From Leucoraja erinacea (Eukaryota), in contig NC_073383.1 in the NCBI RefSeq assembly GCF_028641065.1, forward strand, positions 53,444,001-53,508,000: a DNA stretch of 64,000 nucleotides. Reading direction: 5' to 3'. This document shows positions 37,436-49,269 of this stretch, in pieces. A program made the translations under genes and the position numbers. Every line of letters starts with the position of its first letter. Position 1 is the stretch's first letter. The notes beneath the pieces are model-generated. The model had not been told where the DNA came from, searched no databases, and saw only the letters and a list, made by a program, of their open reading frames with translations.

Positions 37436-37618
37436 GAATCAAAGAACTACAGATGCTTGTTTACAAAAAAAGACACAAAGTGCTAGATTAACTTAGCAAG
37501 TCAGGTAGCATTCTCGGAACAGAAGCTGATTTACAAAAAAAAAAGCGAAAGTGCTGATGTAACAGTGGTACACAAAAAAGGCACAAAGTGCTGGAGTAAC
37601 TTACAAAATAAGACACAA
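37436..37618 (-). mobile_element. Reiterated Penelope pLTR end fragments (4 copies)
   Basis: acaaaaaa-gacacaaagtgct-gagtaact is repeated four times, with a 17-bp flanking duplication. Confidence 0.8.
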
Positions 37619-37852
37619 TGTACTCATGTATGGTACGAATCCACCCATGTATGGTATTTGTTTTTGCTGTATTTTGGTACATATGACATTAATAAACCAA
37701 CATCAATACCATTTGCTGAGGAGAAAGGAGTTTTAAATGTTTAATCCAACTAGACATCAATTTGTCTGGCCCTTTAGAATGGTCATGGGCTCTGCACCAG
37801 TTTCACACAAGTTCAGCCTCCACATCATTCAAAGAAAGCCCCCAAGTGCTTT

Positions 37853-39244
37853 AACCATATAACCATATAACAATTACAGCACGGAAACAGGCCATCTCGG
37901 CCCTTCTAGTCCGTGCCAAACACGTATTCTCCCCTAGTCCTATATACCTGCACTCAGACCATAGCCCTCCATTCGTTTCCAGTCCATATAACTATCCAAT
38001 TTATTTTTAAATAATAAAATCGAACCTGCCTCCACCACCTTCACTGGAAGCTCATTCCATACAGCTACAGCTCTGAGTAAAGAAGTTGCCCCGCATGTTA
38101 CCCCTAAACGTCTGTCCCTTAATTCACAAGTCATGTCCTCTTGTTTGAATCTTCCCAACTCTCAGTGGGAAAAGCTTATCCACGTCAACTGTGTCTATCC
38201 CTCTCATCATTTTAAAGACCTCTATCAAGTCCCCCCTTAAACTTCTGCGCTCCAAAGAATAAAGCCCTAACTTGTTCAACCTTTCTCTGTAACTTAGTTG
38301 CTGAAACCCAGGCAACATTCTAGTAAATCTCCTCTGTACTCTCTCTATTTTGTTGACATCCTTCCTATAATTAGGCGACCAAAATTGTATACCATACTCC
38401 AGAATTGGCCTCACCAATGCCTTGTACAATTTTAACATTACATCCCAACTTCTATACTCAATGCTCTGATTTATAAAGGCCAGCGCACCAAAAGCTTTCT
38501 TTACCACCCTATCTACATGAGATTCCACCTTCAGGGAACTGTGCACAGTTAGTCCTAGATCCCTCTGTTCAACTGCATTCCTCAATTCACTACCAATTAC
38601 CATGAACGTCCTATTTTGATTTGTCCTACCAAGATGTAGCACCTCACACTTATCTGCATTAAATTCCATCTGCCATCTTTCAGCCCACTCTTCCAACTGG
38701 CATAAATCTCTCTGTAGACTTTGAAAATCTACTTCATTATCCACAACACCACTTATCTTAGTATCATCTGCATACTTACTAATCCAATTTACCACACCAT
38801 CATCCAAATCATTGATGTACATGACAAACAACAGTGGACCCAACACAGATCCCTGTGGCACCCCACTAGTCACTGGCCTCCAACCTGACAAACAGCCATC
38901 CACCATTACTCTCTGGCATCTCCCATTCAGCCACTGTTGAATCCATCTTGCTACTCCACCATTAATACCCAACAATTGAACCTTCTTAACCAACCTTCCA
39001 TGAGGAACCTTGCCAAAGGCCTTACTGAAGTCCACATATACAACATCTACTGCTTTACCCTCATCAATTTCCCGAGTAACCTCTTCAAAAAATTCAAGAA
39101 GATTAGTCAAACATGACCTTCCAGGCACAAATCCATGTTGACTGTTCCTAATCAGACCCTGTTTATCCAGGTGCTTATATATATTATCTCTAAGTATCGT
39201 TACCATTAATTTGCCCACCACTGACGTCAAACTAACAGGACTAT
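37853..39244 (-). mobile_element. CR1 LINE 3' part (sister subfamily of 17168-20027)
   Basis: ORF 38124-39230 has SQHGFVPGRSCLTNL, GVPQGSVLGP and YADD. Same TTATATGG tail. Confidence 0.95.
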
Positions 39245-40029
39245 CTTAATAACATAATAATATCTTAATAATATAATATGATTAGGGTCATCCATCAGCA
39301 TTTAAACAAACTTGCAATGTGAATGACCCACCCCTGCTACAAATACATCTTAAGAAATTAATACATGCTTATGTTTGCCAACTACATTGAGGACCAAGGG
39401 TCCTGGTAATTCCAATCCTCTCCCCGATTTGTATTTATTGTATTATCTGATCTGATTTAACATGCAAAACAAGGCTTTTCACTGTACCTTGGAGCACGTG
39501 ACAATAATAAAACTAAACCTAAACACTGCAAATGACATAGTGAATATCATTAATTAAATATATTTTGAATTTCAATTTAACTGCAGTGATTTTGCTTTGG
39601 AAGTGTTTAATTGGAAGCAAGATGGTCTATTAATGCCTCAGCACTGTTCCACCATTCCATCTGATCTGTCGCTTGGCTCCATTTACCCACATCACTCAAC
39701 ACTTTGCTTAGCAGAAATCTTTCAATCTCAGTTTTAAAATGAATAATTGACCTGGCATCAATTTCTAGTTGTGGAAGTGAAATTCACATTTAATAGCTGT
39801 GGTGTGCTTTGTCTGATCTTAAGGATTTGAAGGGAGTCATAAAAAATGTTACCTTTTACATTTCAACGCAGCATCTATCAGTCATATAAACATAGTGGTT
39901 AAATGGCCTCTATGGTAGTGTCATGTGAACCAGTAATCACATGTTTTCTGACTGCATTAGCATTTTGTGAGGTGAAAACACTTTTGTGCACTAAATAATG
40001 TTTTTACTCAGGAATTCCTTTGTGACATC

Positions 40030-40405
40030 GGAGGTAGAGGGAAGACCTGACAGGTATATAAAATGATGAGAGGCATAGACAGGTTAGGCAGTCAAAACCT
40101 TTGTCTAGGGTGGAAATATGGAGGAATAGGTACATGGGTTTAAGAGGACAGGGACAAAGTTTGAAGGAGATGTGCAGGGCAATATTTCTTCAGAGAGTGG
40201 TGGGTGCCTGGAATGGTTGCAAGGGTTGTGGTGAGAACAGATACGATAGTGGCATTTAAGAGGCTTATAGATGGGCACATGGATATGCAAGGAATGGAGA
40301 CATATGAATCACGTGCAGGCAGAGGAGATCAGTTTGACGGCATCATTCATGGCACATTCTCATGGTCTGAAGGGCCTGATCTCGTGCTGTTTTCTTATAT
40401 GTTAT
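40030..40405 (+). mobile_element. Old CR1 3' fragment
   Basis: RGRPDRYIKMMRGIDR...RVVGAWN-like sequence and gaagggcctg tail. Confidence 0.75.
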
Positions 40406-40661
40406 ATCCCAAACCAAAACAACTTCATGTCCATGCAGAGCTAATTGGGCAGTCAGCTTCTGCTAACATTAAAACAGTGTCAAAATAATCTGTAGATGAG
40501 ATACTAGAGATCCCATTATAATGCAGCGAGTATGGTGTTGATATCACAAGAGGTTATATTCCTCAGGATATAGAGAAGAGTGCCTACTCGTCAGTATGGA
40601 TGAATTGGGCTGAATGGCCTGGTTTCCATATAGTACCTTTCTATGATTCAATGATAAAGGA

Positions 40662-41112
40662 CAAAAAACAAAAAACACAGGTCAAATACAGTCCCATATA
40701 CTATATGAGCACACAAGCTGCTGATGGGTGTGCTGAGATTAATACAAGAGAATAAAGATACATTTTACAATGTCATCAGAAGAAGTAGAGTCAGTTAAAA
40801 GCTTGATTGAAAAGATAAGCTTTTAGCTGCAGTTTAAAAATGTCAACTGAGTGGGCGTCTCTCATAGCCCTGGGTAGGGTATTCCACAGCTTGATTCCAT
40901 TTGTAATTGAAAAAGGCTGCTTCACCAATTTTCTTATTGCTGCGGCATTGAGAGGCTAACATGCCGGCATCAGAAGACCTGAGCGCTCTATTAGGGGCAT
41001 AGGGAAGGAGGGACGGTAAAATATGCTGCTCCTCAGCCAAAAAGGGCTTTATAGATAAAAAGGACTTTATAGTCTATCCTGGATCTCACAGGGACCCAAT
41101 GAAGGGAGTGGT
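40662..41112 (-). mobile_element. L2 LINE 3' remnant
   Basis: ORF 40843-41040 reads LLPYAPNRALRSSDAGML...IGEAAF. Confidence 0.75.
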
Positions 41113-41849
41113 GATATGTTCCCTTTTTTTGTTATTTAACCCATTATCGAGTTATATTTTGAATCTACATATAGAAAGGCAACAAAATATCTTCACTAGT
41201 TACAATGGAGCTGAGGTTTACAACACTTCCACTTTGTATCAAAAATAAAGCATTCAAGAAATATTTTTCTTGCACAAAATTTTGTCAATCAATGATGTTG
41301 TGGGGCCCATTCAACCTTTTTCATGAATATTTATACAGCCTGAATCATTCAATAATTGTGTGGCAGATGTTAAAGTGAGATTACGCAATGCTGGTCTAAT
41401 TTAAATTATATCAGCTACAACAATAGTCAATCAAAATTAGCAATTTATTTGTTCATTTTTAACTTCTGCCAGTTTCAAACATGCTATAATTTCTGCCCTG
41501 GTTTCAGCAATAAAATTCCCGAGATACCTAAACCAAAGGTTAAAAATCAGTTTTGAGCAAAACCTATTGAGTATATATCAGATTCTCCTGCATGACTCAA
41601 CACTGGCTTAAAAAAACATTTTGCTGGCAGCTAGAAGCCAGACTTGCCATAACATTAGCCATCCATCTGGACTGATAAAATGAGATGTTGAGTTAATGTT
41701 GAATGGGCCTATTCAAAGAATCTCTTGAAAATAAGTTGTTTATTTTAGGTTCCAAAGTTTTATTGTGAAAACTTGTACATGTACACCATGAAAATTGGTA
41801 GAAGTTTCAACATAGTCATATATGAGTCCATATCACTGATTAGTTTAGT

Positions 41850-42025
41850 GTGGAACTGCAGATGCTGGTTCACACCGAAGATAGACACAAAATGTTGGAG
41901 TAACTCAGTGGGACAGGCAGCATGTCTGGATAGAAGGACTGAGTGACTTTTCGGGTTGACGCCCTTCTTCAGACCCTTCTCGACCCGAAACATCGTCCAT
42001 TCCTTCTATACAAAGGTACTGCCTG
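41850..42025. mobile_element. Penelope pLTR-derived inverted pair with 17-bp TSD
   Basis: tcactgattagtttagt at 41833-41849 and 42026-42042. The arms join at cttcttcagac/ccttctcgacccgaaac. Confidence 0.88.
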
Positions 42026-42034
42026 TCACTGATT

Positions 42035-42250
42035 AGTTTAGTCTAGTTGAGAGATCCAGCACGGAAACAGGCCTTTAGGTACAATTTAACAAAAGCCAAT
42101 TAATCTATAAATCTGACTTTGGAGTATGGGAGGAAACCAGAGCAACCAGAGAAAACGCACGCAATCACAGGGAGAACGTACAAACTCCTTACAGAGAGCA
42201 CCCGTAATCACGATTGAACCTGGGTTTCTGGCGTTGTAAGGCAGCCACTT
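42035..42250 (-). mobile_element. tRNA-derived V-SINE/HE1-like SINE (partial)
   Basis: gggagaacgtacaaactcc V-domain, B-box-like ggttcaatc on the minus strand, CR1-type tail. Confidence 0.75.
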
Positions 42251-42859
42251 GATGTTTAAATAGATTGCTCAGTTTGGGCACGTTCATTGCAAATGTTCTT
42301 TTATAATAAAGTCACCTTCAATTGCACTTACAAATCTACACAATGTTACTACATTTAAATTACTGTTTGTTTTTTTTTATTTAATACAAAGAGTAATTAC
42401 TGATTTTTGTGTAATACAAAGACTAATTAAAAAAAGTTATTGTTTTAAAAACTGCCAATTGGTGTTGCTTCACAAAGATTTTTCATATGCAACTGCACAA
42501 GTAAATTTGGCCATAATTTTGAACCGACACTATTTCGATGAAACAATGCATTAAATGTCCAGTTTCCTGATTTATTTCACAGTGGTTTACAAAATGAACA
42601 CAAAGGTGCTGTGTGATACTTAATCTGATTCGAATTGTTGTGCCATATGCATTGTCATCTCATGCTGAAGATATTGGTGTTCTTAAGATAAATTTCCATC
42701 TTAATTGTAACGTAGTGGTATCACTCTTGCTTCTGAATCTTATTGTAGATCAAGACCCATTTTATTTGCGTGACCACATAAACCAGCTGACATTCTGATA
42801 CAGATCTGAAAGCATTATGAGTAGCACCATAGCACTGTAGAGTAAATGCCACATGGTGC

Positions 42860-43370
42860 CAGAGAAGGATGTATTGGCACTGGAGAGGGTCCAGAGGAGG
42901 TTTACAAGAATAATCCCAGGAATGAGTAGGTTAGCATATGATGAGCGTTTGACAGCACTGGGCCTGTACTCGCTGGAGTTTAGAAGGATGAGGGGAAGCC
43001 TCATTGAAACTTACCAAATAGTGAAGGGCTTGGATAGTGGATGTGGAGAGGATGTTTACACTAGTGGGAGAGTCTAGGACTAGAGAGCATAGTCTCAGAA
43101 TTAAAGGGCATACCTTTAAGAAGGAGATGAGGAGGAATTTATTTAGTCAGACGGTGGTGAATCTGTGGGATTCTTTGCCACAGAAGGCAGTGGAGGCCAA
43201 GTCAATGGATATTTTTAAGGCAGAGATAGATAGATTCTTGATTTGTACTAGTTATGGGGAGAAGGCAGGAGAATGGGGTTAGGAAGGAGAGATAGAACAG
43301 CCATGATTGAATGGCAGAGGAGACTTAATGCGCCAAATGGCCTAATTCTGGTCCTATCACTTATGATCCC
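42860..43370 (+). mobile_element. CR1 3' fragment
   Basis: ORF 42853-43077 reads KDVLALERVQRRFTRIIPGM...LGLYSLEFRRMRG. Confidence 0.9.
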
Positions 43371-43874
43371 ATTCGATCTTGTGCTTGGGTACGGTCTCTC
43401 TGAAATGTTATTGATCTTCCTGGGAATGCATGGGCCTGGGGAAGTTGTTAGAAATGGGGGGAGAATAAAAGAGGGACTAATTTAGGATTAATGGTTATTT
43501 AATGGTCAGCATTGATTCCGAAGGCTGAAGCGTCCATTCCTATGTTGTTTGCCTCTATGACTCTATGAGTGCTGCATTGCTGGAGGTAAACTAAAACAAG
43601 TTTGTCTGCAAAATGGAGCCCGTAGCAGGAATGAACTTGCAGGAAAGAATAAAGTAGGCAGTAAGTGAATATCAAGAGAATTCAAAGTTAGATTGTGTCT
43701 ATTTTAATGGTAAGAGTATAACCTGTAAAGTAGATGAAGCATTAATATGATACTTCATGATATGATATTTTTGCCATCTAATAAATGGTTCAAGGATAAG
43801 CAGGACAGATAAACTCAATATCCTTCATGTTCCACAAAGATCGGTATTTGTAATAAATGAGTATAACTTGGATG

Positions 43875-44330
43875 ATAATAGACAATAGACATTAGGTGCA
43901 GGACTAGGCCATTTGGCCCTTCGAGCCAGCACTGCCATTCAATGTGATCATGGCTGATCATCCACAATCAGTACCCCGTTCCTGCCTTCTCCCCATATCC
44001 CCTGACTTATCTTTAGGAGCTCTAGCTCTCTTGAAAGTATCCAGAAAACCGGCCTCCACCGACCTCTGAGGCAGAGAATTCCACAGACTCACAACTCTTT
44101 CCTCATCTCCGTTCCAAATGGCTTACCCCTTATACTTAAACTCTGGCCCCTGGTTCTGGACTCCCCGAACATCAGGAACATGCCCTGCATCTAACGTATC
44201 CAAACCCTTAACAACCTTATATTGTTCATTAAGATCCCCTTTCATCTTTCTAAATTACAGAGTATACAAGCTCAGCCGCTCCATTCTCGCAGCATATGAC
44301 AGTCCCGCCATCCTGGGGATTAACCTTGTG
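43875..44330 (-). mobile_element. CR1 3' fragment
   Basis: Same tail as 12836-12996 (aatagacaatagac...gccatttggcccttcgagccagc), plus the RT end. Confidence 0.85.
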
Positions 44331-45386
44331 ATAATGTGGGAGGCAAGATCAGTAAGTTTGTGAACAATTTAAAGATTGGTAGAGTTGTTGATGGTGTGGA
44401 AGATAATCTTTGACTGCAGGGCCGTATCGATGTTTTGGTTGAAATGGTCTGGAAAATCGCAGATTTAATCCAGACAACGTGAGATTATGCATTTTGAAAG
44501 CACTAATAAGGCTAGGACATACATTGTGAATGGTAGGGAGTACTGAGGAACAGATGGACTTTGGAGTACAGATCCACAGATTTTTGGCAACCCAAGTAGA
44601 TAAAGTGGTTAGGAAGGCATATGTAAATCTGGCCTTCATTAGGCATTGAGTACAGAAGTAAGGAGGTAATGCTCTAAATTTATAAAACTTTGATCAGATC
44701 TCAGCTGGAGAACTGCGTGATGTTCTGGTTACCAAGGTATGAGAAAGATGAGTCTGAAGAATGGTCCTGACCCAAAAGGTCACCTATCCATTTTCTTGAG
44801 TGATGCAGCCTGACCCACTGAGTTACTCCAGCAGTTTGTGTCTTTTTTGTGTAAACAAGCATCTGCAGTTTCTTGTTTCTACACAAGAAAACATGTTATG
44901 GAGCTGAAATAGGGGAGGAGGAGAGGGGGGGGTAGGGCAGAAGAAATTTACCAGGATATTGCCTGGACTGTAGTTAAAATGAGATACTGGTAAAAACAGA
45001 TCTTTGCTCCCTGAAATGGAGGAGGTTAAAATGGGACTTAACTGAAGTATAGAAAAATATGAGGGGTACATATAATTTAGACTGTAGGAAACCTTTCTCG
45101 CTATCAGAGGTATGGAAAAAGTAGAGGACAAAGGTTTAAAAAAAGGGGAAGAGATTCAGAAGCTATACAAGGGGAACGATCGGCATCAAGAGTGGTATGT
45201 ACCTGGAATGCATTGTCTGAGAGAGTATTTGAATCTGTTGTTGAAGACAGTATTTAAGCAGTGTTGAGATGAGCACTTGAATTGTCTAGGCATAGGAATT
45301 AGTCCTAGGCAATGGGATTAATAGAGAAGAGTGCCTACTCGTCAGTATGGATGAATTGGGCTGAATGGCCTGGTTTCCATGTAGTA
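44331..45386 (+). mobile_element. Old CR1 RT fragment interrupted by a pLTR element and a DNA transposon
   Basis: ISKFVNNLKIG...FNPDNVRLCIL...DKVVRKAYVNL homology. The tail continues at 46361. Confidence 0.75.
44751..44885 (+). mobile_element. Penelope pLTR/hammerhead-derived insertion
   Basis: gtCTGAAGAatggtcctgaccc-aaaa-ggtc...gcatctgcagtttc. Imperfect agaaa(g/ac)atg duplication. Confidence 0.82.
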
Positions 45387-46358
45387 CAGGTGCACAACCT
45401 TTTATCCGGAGTTCCGGAAACCGAAAAACTCCGAAAACCGGCCATTTTTTCCAGATGTCGTCTGCGCACCAAAGCTCGTGTTTGGCGCCAAACTTGACCC
45501 GAAACAACCCACGGTCAACCCAGGTCTGTACTACTGTAGCGGCTGCCCCCTCCACGGAGACCGGGAGACGCTTAAACATCTGTAAATCATTGCTTAAATG
45601 TTAGTCAGTTAGTTTGGAGGGCTTTTATGTGAAGGGGGGGGTGAAGGGGTAAACTTTAATTCTTAGTCCCCTACCTGGTCGGAGAGGCGGGGAGCGGTCA
45701 ATGCCTTACCGGGTCGCCGTGCAGTAAGCTCCGCAGCGCTGTGGCCGGTGGGGCTGCGGGCGGCGCCGGTTGTAGCTCCGACCCCGGCAACTCTACCCCT
45801 GGCTGCGAGGCGCTCCAAATCCAGCGCGGCCCGCGGCCGGACGCCCCAGCTCCGCGAATGTCGGGAGTCGGCGGCGTCGCAGCGCTGGGATACCAGCGGG
45901 GAGCGGGCAATGCCTTACCGGGTCGCTGTGCGGCAAGCTCCGGAGCGCTGTGGCCGCCGACTCCCAACATTCGCAGAGCGTCGCTGGATTTGGAGCAGCG
46001 CAGCCAGGGGTAGAGTTGCCGGGGTCGGAGCTCCAACCGGCGCCACCCGCGGCCGGACGGAGCCCCCAGCTCCGCGAGGTTGGGAGTCGCCGACCAGGTA
46101 GGGGACTAAGAATTAAAGTTTCCCCCTTCACCCCTACTCCACCACCACCACCACATAAAATCCCTCCAAACTAACTGACTAACATTTATGCAATGATTCT
46201 CCCGGTCTCCGGGGAGGAGGCAGCTGCTCCAGACTTTTCAAGCCGCCCGCGCTACCTACCTAATCTACGCTAAAAATCTTCCATTCGGAAATCCGAAAAT
46301 GTCCGAAATCCGACAAGTGTCTGGTCCCAAGGCTTTCGGATAAAAGGTTGTGCACCTG
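45387..46358. mobile_element. Non-autonomous Tc1/mariner (Tigger/pogo-like) DNA transposon
   Basis: Perfect 22-bp TIRs CAGGTGCACAACCTTTTATCCG. TA duplication at 45385-45386 and 46359-46360. CpG-rich, no transposase. Confidence 0.93.
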
Positions 46359-46419
46359 TACTATGATTCAATGATAAAGGATCAGAAAGTTTGGATAAAC
46401 AGAATGAATTTTCCCAGAA

Positions 46420-47253
46420 TGTCAAGTCAAGAGAGTTTATTGTCATGTGTCCCAGATAGGACAATGAAATTATTGCTTGCTGCAGCACAACAGAGTATTG
46501 TAAGCAAAAATACAGAACAATTCAGTGTGTCTATCGCATAGACCATATATATACACATAAATAAACATATAAAGTGCAATAGGCTGTTACAGTTCAGAGT
46601 TTGTCTGATGGCAAGTTTAATAGCCTGATGGCTGTGGGGAAGAAGCTGATCCTGAACCTTGATGTACCTGATTTTAGGCTCCTGTACCTACTACCTGATG
46701 GCAGCAGGGAGATGAGTGTGTGGCCAGGATGGTGTGGGTCCTTGATGATGTTGGCAGCCTTTTTGAGGCAGCGACTGCGATAGATCCTTTTGATGGTGGG
46801 GAGGTCAGAGCCGATGATGGACTGGGCATTGGTCGCAACTTTCTGCATTCTTTTCCCCTCCTGGACGCTCGTTGCCGAACCAAGCCACAATGCAACCAGT
46901 CAGCATGCTCTCTACTGTGCACCTGTAGAAGTTCGAGAGAGTCCTTTTTGACATACCGACTCTCTGTAATCTTCTCAGGATGTAGAGGCGCTGATGTGCT
47001 TTCTTTATGATTGCATCAGTGTGCTGGGACCAGGAAAGGTCTTCGGAAATATGCACGCCCAGGAATTTGAAGTTCTTGACCCTTTCCACCATTGTCCCAT
47101 TGACATAAACGGGATTCTGGGTCCCTATCCTACCCCTTCCAAAGTCCATAATCAGTTCCTTGGTTTTGCTGGTGTTAAGAGCCAGGTTATTGTGCTGGCA
47201 CCATTTGGTCAATCGGTTGGTCTCACTTCTATAATCTGACTCGTCACCATCAG
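46420..47253 (-). mobile_element. Rex1/Babar-clade LINE, 5'-truncated
   Basis: WCQHNNLALNTSKTKELIMDF, FKFLGVHISEDLSW, KKAHQRLY, FYRCTVES and DPHHPGH...LLPSG. 3' aataaa followed by a (CTTGA)n tail. Confidence 0.9.
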
Positions 47254-47702
47254 ATCTGTGATGACTCGAAATCATCATGCTCATGGACCAGAGAGAATTC
47301 AGTTTAAGAGATAAATGTGTGGCTATCTAATTGAATTTTTATTAAGAGACTTAGAAGTTAGGGGAAGGAATTTTCTTCATGATATATAGTTTACAGTTAC
47401 CAGAAAGTGAGGCCTTCAGGAGCAGCAGCATGAGTTCTTGATGTAATTGCCACAAAAAGAGATTACTCTTTCTGCATGATGTCACTCAGGCTTGTTAACT
47501 GAGTGAAACTATTCAGAAAAGAGTATTTCTTGAAAAGGAATCAAGCTTCCACAGGTTATACTTCGAAACTTCATAACACTTGCTTCAAATTCTAGTTCCT
47601 TACCGAGAGCATACGAATAACAAAGCACGCCATCAAGCTGACTGAGTGTAATTGGAGCCTCTGTGTACAGGTATTGCAGACCTGGGAGACTACACTGATG
47701 TT

Positions 47703-47819
47703 CATTATAGACTCAAAATGTTGCATTAACACAGCCAGATAGGCAGCATCACTGGATAGAAGGAATGGGTGATGTTTCGCGTCGAGACCCTTCTTCCGAT
47801 CCTTGTGCAGTTCCTTCCC
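47703..47819 (-). mobile_element. Penelope pLTR-derived element with 11-bp TSD
   Basis: gtttcgcgtcgagacccttcttcc core, with acactgatgtt on both sides. Confidence 0.75.
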
Positions 47820-48665
47820 ACACTGATGTTGGTTAGCTTGTTCTGCAAATGAATTTGGATGAGTTTATGGAAACATGTCTGATATAGTTAGTCCATGCTT
47901 CGGAGCTATACAAGGGGGTAAGATTACTGATGCCCATTATTGTGCTGGGTCTGAGGCCTCCAAAATCGCATATTTGCAAGTGAAGGGCACCACCTCCCAT
48001 ATTTTCCACCCATCTATCCTATCGTACACCATCTGTAACCCTGCATCAGTGCCCTTTTATTGTCCCACATTGTTCCCATAGTTACTTTGAAGAGTGAAGT
48101 GGAAGCTAGTTATCCTCAACCACGAGGGAACACCTGAGAGGAAGGCATAATTATCTGGTGCGTATAAAACAAAAAGTGTTTCAGTAAATGACAGAAATAC
48201 GTCTCTGGCAGAGTGAAAGGTTAGTGAAGGGAGTTACTGGCATAAACAAGCACAATGTAAAGCTTTTCCTGAGATCAAAGCTGAGATGGCAGATTGTCTG
48301 TGTGCTGTTAGTCAGATCAGTTCAGAAACAAAGCATCAAAGAAGAATCAATGTCAGAAGACTCATCAACAGAAACAGATACAACTTGTATTTACAGTGTA
48401 AAGTGTTCCAAGGAAATGTTAACAAATAGAATTTGGCAATCATAAAAGATTTATGTGCATCACTCCCAATCTTGGCTGCCCTAAGCTGCCTTGCATGCCA
48501 ATCCCAGTGAAAGCTTTAGGTCTGTGTGTTGTGAGGTAGCTGATGTGTGACCTTCAACTCTGGCAAAGTTAGGGCTGTGGGTTCATAGCTTGGGACCTAA
48601 TGTGGTCATAAACAAGTTTCACACAACGTGACCCCACCACTCGCCACATCTTCCCATCTCCCCCT

Positions 48666-49136
48666 ATGTCTGCCTTCCGCAAAGACCTCTCCCTCCGCAA
48701 CTCCCTTGTCAATTCTTCCCTTCCCTCCCGTACCACCCCCTCCCCGGGCACTTTCCATTGCAACCACAAGAAATGCAACACCTGTCCCTTCACCTCCCCC
48801 CTCAACTCCATTCAAGGACCCAAGCAGTCGTTCCAGGTGCAACAAAGGTTCACCTGTATCTCCTCCAACCTCATCTACTGCATCCGCTGCTCTAGATGTC
48901 AGCTGATTTACATCGGGGAGACTAAGCGAAGGTTGGGCGATCGTTTCGCCGAACACCTCCGCTCAGTCCGCAATAACCTACCTGAACTCCCGGTGGCTCA
49001 ACACTTCAACTCCCCCTCCCATTCCCAATCCGACCTCTCTGTCCTGGGTCTCCTCCATTGCCAGAGTGAGCAACACCGGAAATTGGAGGAACAGCACCTC
49101 ATATTCCGCCTGGGTTGTTTGCGTCCGGTGGCATGA
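48666..49136 (+). CDS. Penelope GIY-YIG endonuclease domain with Cys-rich linker (5'-truncated ORF fragment)
   Basis: GTFHCNHKKCNTC...NLIYCIRCSRCQLIYIGETKRRLGDRFAEH...RKLEEQHLI. The RT part is absent, so it is unlikely to be functional. Confidence 0.75.
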   Translation: MSAFRKDLSLRNSLVNSSLPSRTTPSPGTFHCNHKKCNTCPFTSPLNSIQGPKQSFQVQQRFTCISSNLIYCIRCSRCQLIYIGETKRRLGDRFAEHLRSVRNNLPELPVAQHFNSPSHSQSDLSVLGLLHCQSEQHRKLEEQHLIFRLGCLRPVA

Positions 49137-49269
49137 ACGTTGAATTCTCCCAGTTTTGCTAGCCCTTGCTGTCTCCTCCCCTTCCTTAACCCTCGAGCTG
49201 TCTCCTCCCATCCCCTCGCACTCGAGCTCCTCCTCCTCCCTTTTTCCTTCCATCTCCCCCCCCACCCCC

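Noticed and set aside
40630-40645. Mariner excision footprint at the duplicated empty site
   Set aside because: The extra bases CCTTT do not match the expected CAGTA/CTGTA footprint and fit the ancestral CR1 tail better.
45698-46174. Overlapping 75-117 aa ORFs on both strands
   Set aside because: By-product of GC-rich internal repeats of a non-autonomous transposon. No domain motifs.
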